Shown: piece by piece, positions 19,543-28,927 of the stretch
Layout: each line of letters begins with the position of its first letter
Position numbering within the stretch: position 1 is the first letter of the stretch
DNA from: a virus
Taxonomy: Duplodnaviria > Heunggongvirae > Uroviricota > Caudoviricetes
Virus record (IMG/VR): IMGVR_UViG_3300029740_000238
Length of the DNA: 64,000 nucleotides
Strand: one strand, 5' to 3'
Notes under the pieces: generated by a model
Told to the model about the DNA's origin: nothing
Database searches by the model: none
Seen by the model: the letters and a program-made list of their open reading frames with translations, nothing else
Made by a program: the position numbers and the translations under genes

Positions 19543-21102
19543 ATGAATGCTTTTATGAATGTTATGCACACCACCACCTGCAACTGCACTGCTTGCACGA
19601 CTGTTCCGACTCTTGGCATTAAGATGCCGTATGAGGAAGAGGAAAAGAAAGCTACTAAAACTAGAAAGACTCGCCAAAAACTGATTGTTGGAGAAAACGA
19701 TTTGGCTACGGTCGCTCCTGAAGTTGCCGCAATGCTGAGTGAGAAAGATAAGCACTTTGCTTTTGAAGTTACTGCTGGAAGCAACAGGAAACTTACTTTT
19801 GTCTGCCCTGACTGCAAGAAAGAGTTTGAGGCTAAAATTTGCAGTGTCACAATAGCAGTTTGCCCATGTCCTTATTGCCGCAAAGTAAAAAAAGCGCGTC
19901 GCAATCCGAAACCTATTGTTGGAGTTAATGATTTGGCTTCGCAATGCCCGCAGGCTGTAGCAATGTGGAGCGAAAAGAATAAATGCTACCCAGCAGAAGT
20001 TTTCGCCCAAAGCACTAAGACTGCAATTTTCAATTGCCCAAAATGTAAGCACGAATTTGAGACGACTGTCACATCCTTTGTGAAAAGCATCAAAAAATCG
20101 AAAGGCAATACTACTGGCTGCCCTATCTGTAATGGGACTAAAGTTGTTGTTGGCTACAATGATTTAGCTACGACCTGCCCCCAAGTAGCTGCTATGTTAA
20201 GCAAAAAAAACGCTGACTTTGCAACAAAGTACACTATGGGAAGCAATGCGGTTGCAAGTTTTACTTGTCCTGATTGCAAAAAAGAGTTTGAGGCTAAAAT
20301 TTGCAAAGTCACAAATGTAGTTTACCCATGTCCTTATTGCCGCGATACGAAAATTCTCGCTAATCATATGGATTTGGAAACTTACTTAAAGAAAAATAAT
20401 CGAGAGGATATTCTTAACTGTATTCGTCCAGATAGTCCGTATCAGGCAAGTGAAGTTTCTTATTCCAGCAACAAAACATTATTTCTTAATTGCCCTGAAT
20501 GTGGTAATAAATGGGTGATTTCAGCTAATTATCTGACTGCACAAGGCATTAGTTATATGTGTGGTAATTGTAATCAAACGACAAATTTTATTTCCAAACC
20601 AGAGCAGTATGCTGTTCGTATTGCAATGGGTTTTGCAAGGGAAAACGGAGTTCCAAATGCATTCGATGAAGTTCGTCACATTTTTGGCTATAACAACAAA
20701 TATGGTGTAGATTTTGTCGATAACACTCGCAAGGTTTGCATGGAGTACAATGGTGTATATTGGCATAAAGACAAAAAAAGAGTTGATTGCTATAAATTCA
20801 TCAAAATCCATAATGCCGGATATACTTTTATTCGTATACTGGAACCGGGCTTAAAAGCTTTTGACAAAAAATATGACATTGTATTGCCAAAAAACAACAA
20901 ACACGGTAACGAGTATGAATCAAAAATCATGGAGGACCTTGGCTATAAGCTTATTTCTTTATTTGAGGAAATCTATAATTACAAGGCCACTCCTGAAATT
21001 CAAAAATTAGTCGATTTTAAAGAATTCGAAAAGTGGTACGATATTCATCGCAAAAGAATTTCTGCAAAAGCTACCGACAACGCAGCAAAGAAAGCTGCCT
21101 GA
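19543..21102 (+). CDS. Zinc-ribbon-repeat protein with a C-terminal DUF559/Vsr-like PD-(D/E)xK-type nuclease domain
   Basis: Four to five repeats of the same zinc-ribbon unit. The C-terminal region (VDFVDNTRKVCMEYNGVYWHKD ... GYTFIRI) resembles Vsr/DUF559 endonucleases. Confidence 0.65.
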   Translation: MNAFMNVMHTTTCNCTACTTVPTLGIKMPYEEEEKKATKTRKTRQKLIVGENDLATVAPEVAAMLSEKDKHFAFEVTAGSNRKLTFVCPDCKKEFEAKICSVTIAVCPCPYCRKVKKARRNPKPIVGVNDLASQCPQAVAMWSEKNKCYPAEVFAQSTKTAIFNCPKCKHEFETTVTSFVKSIKKSKGNTTGCPICNGTKVVVGYNDLATTCPQVAAMLSKKNADFATKYTMGSNAVASFTCPDCKKEFEAKICKVTNVVYPCPYCRDTKILANHMDLETYLKKNNREDILNCIRPDSPYQASEVSYSSNKTLFLNCPECGNKWVISANYLTAQGISYMCGNCNQTTNFISKPEQYAVRIAMGFARENGVPNAFDEVRHIFGYNNKYGVDFVDNTRKVCMEYNGVYWHKDKKRVDCYKFIKIHNAGYTFIRILEPGLKAFDKKYDIVLPKNNKHGNEYESKIMEDLGYKLISLFEEIYNYKATPEIQKLVDFKEFEKWYDIHRKRISAKATDNAAKKAA

Positions 21103-21158
21103 TAGATTACAAGACCTCTGACGAACTCAGTCGTCTTTTTACATAGATAGCGTTTCCT

Positions 21159-21197
21159 GCCGTTCACCCATAACCGGGTGGGCGGCTTTTTCTTTTG
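21159..21197 (+). terminator. Rho-independent terminator (same GGGTGGGCGGCTTTTTCTTTTG family)
   Basis: GCCGTTCACCC ... GGGTGGGCGGC stem plus T-run. Confidence 0.6.
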
Positions 21198-21430
21198 CCA
21201 ACTACTTGCCATACGTCAATTTCATGCATGAATTACAAAATAGTAACCGTTCCATACAACCGCTGGCGATGACTACCAGTTGTAGTGTATTTGATTGGAC
21301 TTCCAAATTCTATTTTACACGCACATATTGCAACTTACGGTTGTATTTGTTATACTAATAACAACCGATAACAACCAACAAAGAGCAAATAACAACTAAC
21401 AGGTGTTGCGGCAAACAAGGGAGGCCAATC

Positions 21431-22699
21431 ATGGCGAGCGAACGAGCGATACTTCACTGTGACATGAACTCTTTTTACGCAAGCTGCGAGGCGGCTTATA
21501 ACCCAAAGCTGCAGGGAAAACCAATTGCGGTATGTGGTGACCCGGAAAGGCGAAATGGCATCGTGTTGACTGCCTCATATCCGGCCAAACGGATGGGCGT
21601 GAAAACCGGGATGGCTTTGTGGGAAGCACAGCAGCATTGCAGAGACATCATCTTTGTTCCGGCTCATTATGACCTTTATACTAGGTACAGTAAATACACC
21701 AGAGAAATCTTCTTGCGTTTCACAGACCAGGTCGAACCGTTTGGCTTAGATGAAGCATGGCTTGATTGTACCGCAAGCCAGTCACTTTTTGGGACAGGGG
21801 AAAAGATAGCCAAGAAAATCTCTGATACCGTGAAGGATGAGCTCGGCATCACCTGTTCTATCGGCGTGAGCTGGAATAAAGTCTTTGCAAAGCTGGGGTC
21901 CGACTATAAGAAACCGGATGCCACCACCATCATATCAAGGTCAAACTGGAAGGATATCGTATTCCCGCTGCCTGCCACGGACCTTTTGTATGTTGGGTCC
22001 AGAACGGGGAAAAAGCTGTCAAACTACTGTATCCATACAATCGGTGACTTGGCGACCACCAATCCAAGCTTTCTGAAAGAGAAACTCGGAAAAATCGGTC
22101 CCATGCTATGGGAATTTGCCAACGGGCTTGATACGGGAACGGTAGCAAAATACGAGGACAGGGAGGCTCAAGCACCCATCAAGAGCGTTGGGAACAGTTG
22201 GACCACGCCAAGAGACCTCCTAACTGATGGGGACGTCTGGATAGTGCTTTATCTTCTTTCGGAGAGTGTTGCGGCCCGCCTCCGGGAGAATCATTTCCGA
22301 TGTCGAGGAGTAGAAGTGAGTCTCCGAGATTCCAGCCTTTTCAGCTTTGAACGGCAAGTCAAGCTGCCTCAGCCAACGATGCAGGAAAAGGATATTGCAG
22401 AGGCAGCGTACCAGCTGTACAAGAAGAATTATCGGTGGAGTGAGCATCTTCGCTCAGTCGGTGTGCGTGCCATTGACCTGCGTCCGGATACCGAACCAAA
22501 CCAGATATCTTTTGAGTATAGTGCCGAAAAGCAAGAGGAGACTGAACGACTCGAATCCGCAATCGATGGGATACGAAACCGATTCGGATACTACTCTGTG
22601 CAAAGGGCTGTTATGTACAAGGACCGCTTTCTCTCGCATTGTGATGCAAAGGGTGACCATACGATTCACCCACATGGGTATTTGCAAGGGAGCGTCTAA
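21431..22699 (+). CDS. Y-family DNA polymerase (DinB/UmuC/ImpB family)
   Basis: The N-terminus DMNSFYASCE ... LDEAWLD is diagnostic. RBS GGGAGG. Confidence 0.9.
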   Translation: MASERAILHCDMNSFYASCEAAYNPKLQGKPIAVCGDPERRNGIVLTASYPAKRMGVKTGMALWEAQQHCRDIIFVPAHYDLYTRYSKYTREIFLRFTDQVEPFGLDEAWLDCTASQSLFGTGEKIAKKISDTVKDELGITCSIGVSWNKVFAKLGSDYKKPDATTIISRSNWKDIVFPLPATDLLYVGSRTGKKLSNYCIHTIGDLATTNPSFLKEKLGKIGPMLWEFANGLDTGTVAKYEDREAQAPIKSVGNSWTTPRDLLTDGDVWIVLYLLSESVAARLRENHFRCRGVEVSLRDSSLFSFERQVKLPQPTMQEKDIAEAAYQLYKKNYRWSEHLRSVGVRAIDLRPDTEPNQISFEYSAEKQEETERLESAIDGIRNRFGYYSVQRAVMYKDRFLSHCDAKGDHTIHPHGYLQGSV

Positions 22700-22702
22700 G
22701 CT

Positions 22703-22975
22703 ATGCCAGAACAAAGAATCAAGAAATATGTAGAAGTCATTGCCGACTTTTCTCCTGAAGGTATCCTGACACCTCAAACAGTCATCTGGGACACAGGCCA
22801 GAAATTCGACATCACCTGTATCTCGGAGGTGCTGCCACGCAAATACTCAAAGACTGGTGGTGTTGGGGTACGCTATACCTGCCAAATAGGAAGAGCCAAA
22901 ACATATCTGTTCTTTGAGGAAGACAAGTGGTTTGTTGAGGCAAAAGAAAACGCTGCAGCAGCAGACTCTTGCTAA
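22703..22975 (+). CDS. Small protein translationally coupled to the Y-family polymerase (possible YolD-like accessory protein)
   Basis: 90 aa, 3 nt after the polymerase stop. The family call rests on position alone. Confidence 0.4.
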   Translation: MPEQRIKKYVEVIADFSPEGILTPQTVIWDTGQKFDITCISEVLPRKYSKTGGVGVRYTCQIGRAKTYLFFEEDKWFVEAKENAAAADSC

Positions 22976-23361
22976 AAGTCGAAGAAATAATTGCCCGTCA
23001 AGACTCCATCGACTTTCATAGTAGCGTTTGGGTCAGGCTTGCAACCGGATTTGCGGCAGAATGACTCCATTTCATGCGTTAACACGGACTGAATGATAAT
23101 GCGGTGTACACCGTATTCTTCGCAAATTTTCTTCAAAGCCGAAAGTATCGCTGTCATCGTACCACAACGCTTATGCGCGAACTCAACACGAGAAAGAACC
23201 AGTGCAAAATGGCCAAGAAAAGCAACACGTAACTCGTTCTTTCCATCGCTTGAGGTAATCCAAACAGTACGCATGCTGGTAGAAACACTGCAATGACAGT
23301 TTTGCTTATTTTCAATAATATCAACAAGTTGTTGTATTTGTTCTTTTGTAAGCTCGAGCAT
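22972..23361 (-). CDS. Hypothetical protein (possibly acyltransferase-fold)
   Basis: 129-aa ORF on the minus strand. Weak fold guess only. Confidence 0.4.
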   Translation of the reverse strand: MLELTKEQIQQLVDIIENKQNCHCSVSTSMRTVWITSSDGKNELRVAFLGHFALVLSRVEFAHKRCGTMTAILSALKKICEEYGVHRIIIQSVLTHEMESFCRKSGCKPDPNATMKVDGVLTGNYFFDF

Positions 23362-23461
23362 ACCGATAGCCCTCCGATATTTTTATCGCTTAAACATTAT
23401 AACACAATATTAAGCAGACGAAACGACTCTAAAACAATTCACAGAAAGAAGGTGAAGCATT

Positions 23462-24016
23462 GTGAATAGCAAGTATCGAGAGCAAACCTGCTGCTTTGTC
23501 GGGCACAAGGATATCCCACCGGGAGAAAAGCTCAAAATATTAGCCAGAGTAGAGCATCGACTGATTCCTCTCATTCAGCAGGGAGTCATATACTTTGGTA
23601 TCGGTGGCTCTTTAGGGTTCGATGCCCTCATGGCAGATATGCTGGTTTCCTTGAAAGCTGCACATCCTCGTATTCGTATCATTGAGGTTTTACCATTTGA
23701 GGGATACCGTTCCAGGTGGAGTTTAGAACAACAGCGGCACGCAGAGAAGATAGACAAACAGGTGGATAAGATTGTCTATGCGGCGAAAGAGCCAAGCAGG
23801 GGAGTATATCTTTTAAGAGACCGGCATTTAGTGGATTGTTCTGCCTATTGCATCTCCTATTGTACTAGAAATACTGGAGGCACAGCATATACGGTAAAAT
23901 ACGCTCTGGAACATGGCGTAACGGTGTATAACGCTTCCAGTTTCGATGTGAGCGCCTTGCTTCAGGCTCAGCCGCTTGGGAAGAACGAACAGGTAGTGTC
24001 TTCGCACAAAATATGA
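23462..24016 (+). CDS. SLOG-superfamily protein (DUF1273/YpsA-like)
   Basis: CCFVGHKDIP near the N-terminus matches the C-x-TGHR signature. GTG start with RBS GAAGGTGAAG. Confidence 0.55.
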   Translation: MNSKYREQTCCFVGHKDIPPGEKLKILARVEHRLIPLIQQGVIYFGIGGSLGFDALMADMLVSLKAAHPRIRIIEVLPFEGYRSRWSLEQQRHAEKIDKQVDKIVYAAKEPSRGVYLLRDRHLVDCSAYCISYCTRNTGGTAYTVKYALEHGVTVYNASSFDVSALLQAQPLGKNEQVVSSHKI

Positions 24017-24296
24017 GGGAGATTTCCTGGCGTTTGGAAAAAGCACCCCTATGACTTTGAGCTTTGCCGCACAAAAAGCGAGCCTCCGCTCTTTGGCGGG
24101 GGCTCTTCTTGTATTCTCAAAAACGTTGAATTTAATTTCACTGAATTCCGATTCAGCATTATTTGGCGTGGCTCAGCTTGGCCCGGTAGCACGATACCAT
24201 GGCGGCCGAACACAACGATTCTCCAGAACGGAATTCTCGACATTCGGTGCGAATCGTATATAATCTAAATAATAAAACAGTATAGGAATATAGCTA

Positions 24297-24338
24297 AGCC
24301 GCCAAGCGAGTGAAATCGTTTGGTGGCTTTTCTTTTTG
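24297..24338 (+). terminator. Rho-independent terminator
   Basis: AGCCGCCAA ... TTGGTGGCT stem plus TTTTCTTTTTG. Confidence 0.55.
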
Positions 24339-24381
24339 CTGCGGAAAAGTAGACATTGTACTTGTCATGAGCTTGTTGCAT

Positions 24382-24445
24382 ACTTGCTACGAACTTGCTA
24401 AAAACTTGCTAAGCACTTGCGACGCTTCACCTCGAAGCAAGTTCA
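24382..24445. repeat. Four direct repeats of ACTTGC(T/G)A at exact 11-bp phasing, plus an inverted GCAAGT copy
   Basis: Copies at 24382, 24393, 24404 and 24415, seen directly. Confidence 0.7.
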
Positions 24446-24903
24446 TTTTTTTGCGCGAAAGAATATCGGATAAGTGACGCTTCCTACTCGTATGACCGAA
24501 AGAAAACATGCAAAGACTCTACCATTCTGGTAGGGCTTTTTTGCTGCCCAAAAAGTTGGAAAAATGTCGCAAGCGAGCCGCTGAAACCTCAGAATTTTGT
24601 CGCAGCCTTTCCGAATATGAGATGTATCTCACAAAAGCGAAATGCGCTGCTTCGTATCTGTGGTGAGACAATCGGAACAGGCGAATAGCAAAATCTCAGC
24701 TGCCGCAAATGCTGTCAAGTTCAAATCACAACTCCCAAAAGTTTCGTTTGGGAAAGCCTGCATTAAAAGTTTCGTTCTGGAAAATGCAGAGGGGAAAGGA
24801 AAATGTCGAAGCATATATGCACTGATTTTCTTCTTGCTATTTGTGCAATCCGCTCAAATTGGCGATAAATATTCCCAAAATAAATAAGTCAAAGTGCTTT
24901 TGG

Positions 24904-24911
24904 TGTATAAT
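24904..24911 (+). promoter_or_regulatory. Extended -10 promoter (TGTATAAT) for the lipoprotein gene
   Basis: TGTATAAT lies 32 nt upstream of the start. A duplicate copy precedes the paralog. Confidence 0.5.
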
Positions 24912-24942
24912 GGCTCTGACAAACAGAAAAAAGGAGAACACT

Positions 24943-26034
24943 ATGAAAAAGGTTGTATCATTAGCACTTTCGACTTTGCTCGTCCTCTCGTTGGCTGCCT
25001 GTGGCAAGGCAGACAGTTCTGCTGCAGCCTCAAGTAAATCCAAGTCAAGTGCTTCGTCGTCAAGTGCTTCGTCAAATAGCACTTCCAATAGCACGCAAGA
25101 TTACAGCCCTGACGGGATTAAAGTAGGAGAGACATATACTACAGAAGACGGCAAAACATATGAAAGGGTGTGGAACGGCACAGGCAGCGATTTACCCACG
25201 CCGTCCCCCGAACCCAAAATTACATACGATAATGATTTCCAGGCACAAACACTTGTTGATAATGAAGAATGCACCATTATCTTGCAGAGCGTAGGCTACG
25301 ATGATGATTACGGCTATTATTGGAAGCTTTACTTCAAGAATAAGACATCAGATAAAAAACTCGGTTACTCGTTTGGCGACTGCACATTGAATGGCGTGGG
25401 TGCGAGCCTTTGGCTTACGAGTGTTGAACCTGGTCAAGAGGAAACGGAGATTCATCATTGGGAAAGTTCCGGGCTTAAAATTTATAACATCAATCCGCAG
25501 GATATCAATACGGTAAGTTTTTATCTCAATGTTTATAACGAATTAGATGATGCTGTCCCACGACATGACCTTGTTGATGACGATTTCGTGGTTTATCCAA
25601 AAGGGGAAGAAAACGCAACCGAGCCAAAGCATGAAACTCAACCCACAGACCTCGTACTGGCCGACAATGACGCTTGCACTCTGATGATTTGTGGATTTGA
25701 CCCCGATGGCCTGGACGGTTACACGGCTAAAGCTTACATCGAAAACAAAACAGATAAAGAAATCATGCTTGCCTTTAGAAGTGGAGGTTCCATAAATGGC
25801 TTTGAGTGCTTCCCTGAAACAGATACAATGGGAATTGATGCGCACACTAATGCCTATGTAGACATCTACTATCGCGATTATTTGGATACTTATGAGGCCA
25901 ACGGTAAAGACCCCACCTCTATCACCGAAATGGTGATGCCAATCGTTATAAACAATTTCAATACTCGGGACATCTATGTAGATGAGACTTTCACTATCAA
26001 CCCTCAGACAAATTCCGTGACAACATCGGAATAA
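24943..26034 (+). CDS. Lipoprotein with an internally duplicated domain (paralog A)
   Basis: MKKVVSLALSTLLVLSLAACG lipobox. Two copies of a DNxxCTxxLQxVGYDDxYGYYW ... NKTD domain. Confidence 0.7.
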   Translation: MKKVVSLALSTLLVLSLAACGKADSSAAASSKSKSSASSSSASSNSTSNSTQDYSPDGIKVGETYTTEDGKTYERVWNGTGSDLPTPSPEPKITYDNDFQAQTLVDNEECTIILQSVGYDDDYGYYWKLYFKNKTSDKKLGYSFGDCTLNGVGASLWLTSVEPGQEETEIHHWESSGLKIYNINPQDINTVSFYLNVYNELDDAVPRHDLVDDDFVVYPKGEENATEPKHETQPTDLVLADNDACTLMICGFDPDGLDGYTAKAYIENKTDKEIMLAFRSGGSINGFECFPETDTMGIDAHTNAYVDIYYRDYLDTYEANGKDPTSITEMVMPIVINNFNTRDIYVDETFTINPQTNSVTTSE

Positions 26035-26150
26035 TTTGACGCCCTCCTGCGATTAAAATTGTTGGCTTTCCCAGACTTCATTTGCAATTTTGCAAATAAA
26101 GTTTCATTCTGGAAAACACGGTGGAAAAGTAAAATGCCGAAGCGCTTTTG

Positions 26151-26158
26151 ATGTATAA
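26151..26158 (+). promoter_or_regulatory. Extended -10 promoter (TGTATAAT), duplicate
   Basis: Same element as at 24904. Confidence 0.5.
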
Positions 26159-26189
26159 TAGCCTTATACAAAGAAAAAAGGAGAAAATC

Positions 26190-27212
26190 ATGAAAAAGGT
26201 TGTATCATTAGCACTTTCGGCTTTGCTTGCCCTTTCCCTGGCCGCCTGTAGCAGCTCTAACACTACCAGTACTGCTGCCAGCAGTGCAGCTACATCTGAT
26301 GCTGCATCCTCCGAGGAAAGCACCAGCGACTCTTCAACGAGTACTGCAAGTAGTGCTGCCGATAATGCAACGGCTGAACCCGACATCCAGTTCGATGAGA
26401 GCTTCCAGCCACAGACGATTGCCGACAACGATACCTGTACCATCATCTTGCAGAACGTGGGTTATGATGACAGCTATGGCTACTACTGGACCGTTGATTT
26501 CCAAAATAAAACGGATGACAAAACTCTTTGCGCTATCACAAGCAGCTCGTCCTTGAATGGAATCCCGGCAGATACCAGTTGGTTCCCGGAAATTGGACCA
26601 GGAGTGAAAACCACCGAGGTCGTTTCGTGGGATAAAGCAGGACTGGAAATCTATGGAGTGAAACCGCAAGACATCGATACCGTCAAACTTCACATCGATG
26701 TCTATGATGAAGCAGAATGGGATGTGTCGAATCGTGATGACCCTGTCGATGATGACTTTGTGATTTATCCGAAAGGTGAAGAGAACGCGACAGAACCAAA
26801 ACACGAGATTCAGCCCACGGATATTGTGCTGTTCGACAATAATGCCTGCAGCATGGTCATTTGCGGATTCTATTCCGACAGCTTCATGGGCTATACGGCG
26901 AAAGCCTACTATCAGAACAAGACGGATGACCGTATCGATATCATTTTGGACAAAGGCTCTATCAACGGCTTTGAATGTACCCCGGAAGGAGCGGCACTAC
27001 TGGAACCACATTCCAACGCCTATGTTGACATTCGTTGGCAAGAATATGCTGAAACTTATGCAGAGAATGGCAACGACCCAACATCCATCACAGAAATTGT
27101 AATGCCAGTTTTTGTGAGAAAAGACACAGGGAACAATACGGTATACATTGATGCCACTTATTCTATTGACCCGCAGGCAAGAACTGCAACGCCGATAGTG
27201 AACCCCCAATGA
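26190..27212 (+). CDS. Lipoprotein paralog B (same duplicated-domain architecture)
   Basis: MKKVVSLALSALLALSLAACS lipobox. Shares long identical stretches with paralog A (DDDFV.YPKGEENATEPKHE.QPTD). Confidence 0.7.
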   Translation: MKKVVSLALSALLALSLAACSSSNTTSTAASSAATSDAASSEESTSDSSTSTASSAADNATAEPDIQFDESFQPQTIADNDTCTIILQNVGYDDSYGYYWTVDFQNKTDDKTLCAITSSSSLNGIPADTSWFPEIGPGVKTTEVVSWDKAGLEIYGVKPQDIDTVKLHIDVYDEAEWDVSNRDDPVDDDFVIYPKGEENATEPKHEIQPTDIVLFDNNACSMVICGFYSDSFMGYTAKAYYQNKTDDRIDIILDKGSINGFECTPEGAALLEPHSNAYVDIRWQEYAETYAENGNDPTSITEIVMPVFVRKDTGNNTVYIDATYSIDPQARTATPIVNPQ

Positions 27213-27307
27213 TAGTCGCATGATTTTCCGAAACCAAAAAACTTCTGGAATAGCAGCAAAACTTTTCTGGAATGGGAAAACTCTCCGGCTTTTTGGAATG
27301 AAAAAAT

Positions 27308-27344
27308 AAAAGCGCTCACCATTTTTCGGTGGGCGCTTTTCTTC
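27308..27344. terminator. Bidirectional terminator
   Basis: AAAGCGCTCACC ... GGTGGGCGCTTT stem with T/A runs on both sides. Confidence 0.6.
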
Positions 27345-27372
27345 ATAAATCAGGGCAAGGAGACCCGCGACT

Positions 27373-28917
27373 TTAGTCGTGGGTTATTGACTCTTCAGTT
27401 TTCTTTTTCAGCCATTGTCTTCTCACAAACGGCGTGACATAAGTTTCATCACTCTTCAGCTCATAGCCATAGCTTTCAGCTATCAGGATGGCACGTTCGC
27501 TTGCTTTCTGTCCGGCAGGCAGGTGGCGAATGAAACCATTGATGTTTTTGGACGAAGCATCATATTTGGACTTGTCGAACACCCGCAGCGGCTCGTCGTC
27601 ACCATTGCCTTTCTTGCGATAATCGCGGGGCTTTCCGCCAATCATCAGACAACGAATCCCAAATGGAGCATCCGCGTGTGTCACAAACGAAGACCGGAAC
27701 GACGCATCAGTGGGCAGGACATCCGGCAAATCACAGGCGAGAGAAGTGTACAGCCAGAGAATCAGATTCGTGACGCTGTCAACCAGCTCTGGAAATTGAG
27801 CTCGGTCAGTCAAAATATAAAACCACTCGGTGCTTGTGTTATAGTATCCGGCCAGGTCACCGAACTTGGTTACGATTTTATACAGACACACAATCTCGTT
27901 GTCGCGGCAAGTCTCTTTCAGCTTAATTTCCTGTATCAGCTGGCAGACATCAAACTGAAACAATGCACCGTTGGCGGGAAGAGTTCTGCGGCGATGGTGC
28001 AGCGTATCTTTCAGAAACTCTGTCGTATATTTGGGTGAGATGGGCTTTGGCCACCAGGACCACATGTTCGGAGTATTCTCAATCAGCGGCTTGTCCGGCA
28101 GCATGTCCACGGTATACTCGTTCACATAGGTGGCCATCGAAAGAACCGTGTTTGTATACAAATGCGAGAGCAAAGCGAGGTCGTTGATGCTATCGAAATC
28201 TGCTACATTCTCATAGCCATAACGCTTATAGTACGAAAAGACCATATCCAGGCGTCTATCTTCAGAAATCTGAAAATCGCATTTATCGTATGGCCGATTA
28301 TTGAAAAGGGCTTCACTATAATAGACTGGAACATCCGCAAGGGGATAGGGGTCCCGAATGATGATAGGCTCATTCTCAGTCGAAATGCCAACAATGTTGT
28401 TCACAATGTCAAATTCCTGAGGCTTGAGGTATTCGCTCCCCTGTATCAGCATATCGATTACCGCGTACAGGACAGAATCATTACGTTCCATAACTCCGTC
28501 AATGGACAATCCTGAATGAACACATTCCTGCGCATAGGCAATAGCCTTGAAATACAGAGCATAGTCCTTATTCTTCTTGATGGGCTTTGTGAGCTCCTGC
28601 AAGAACCGATGATATCCCTTGATGAATTTATCAGAGTTCGCCATGGCGAGCTCTATCTGAGAGTTAACGGCCTCAATAAGAGGTTTGCACTCCTCAGCTC
28701 CACGGGCCAGGTGAAAGAGGAAAGTAGATGCTTTCCCAAAATCCATGTCATGCAATGTCGTCGCAACCTGGCAAGCGCTGGACAGGGTTCTTCTCTGAAA
28801 TACCCAGATAAACTCGCCTTTGCTCCGATACTTCTTATCCCATACCGGTGCGTATTTATCGACTAAGGCATTACCGAAATCTTCCTGCACTGCCAAAACA
28901 CCATTTTCGTTCTGCAC
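27373..28917 (-). CDS. Hypothetical 514-aa protein, second gene of a two-gene operon
   Basis: Starts 10 nt after the upstream gene stop. No domain recognised. Confidence 0.55.
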   Translation of the reverse strand: MQNENGVLAVQEDFGNALVDKYAPVWDKKYRSKGEFIWVFQRRTLSSACQVATTLHDMDFGKASTFLFHLARGAEECKPLIEAVNSQIELAMANSDKFIKGYHRFLQELTKPIKKNKDYALYFKAIAYAQECVHSGLSIDGVMERNDSVLYAVIDMLIQGSEYLKPQEFDIVNNIVGISTENEPIIIRDPYPLADVPVYYSEALFNNRPYDKCDFQISEDRRLDMVFSYYKRYGYENVADFDSINDLALLSHLYTNTVLSMATYVNEYTVDMLPDKPLIENTPNMWSWWPKPISPKYTTEFLKDTLHHRRRTLPANGALFQFDVCQLIQEIKLKETCRDNEIVCLYKIVTKFGDLAGYYNTSTEWFYILTDRAQFPELVDSVTNLILWLYTSLACDLPDVLPTDASFRSSFVTHADAPFGIRCLMIGGKPRDYRKKGNGDDEPLRVFDKSKYDASSKNINGFIRHLPAGQKASERAILIAESYGYELKSDETYVTPFVRRQWLKKKTEESITHD

Positions 28918-28927
28918 GGTATCCTCC

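Noticed and set aside
21200-21430. LexA/DinR (Cheo box, CGAAC-N4-GTTCG) upstream of the Y-family polymerase.
   Set aside because: No GAAC..GTTC inverted repeat was found in the 230-nt upstream region by eye.
24050-24940. Possible tRNA, tmRNA or CRISPR array in the long non-coding stretches (24050-24940, 30830-31190).
   Set aside because: No T-loop GGTTCGAAT-like sequence and no acceptor or CCA context was seen. Only the 11-bp iterons repeat at regular spacing, and they have no spacer-sized unique inserts.
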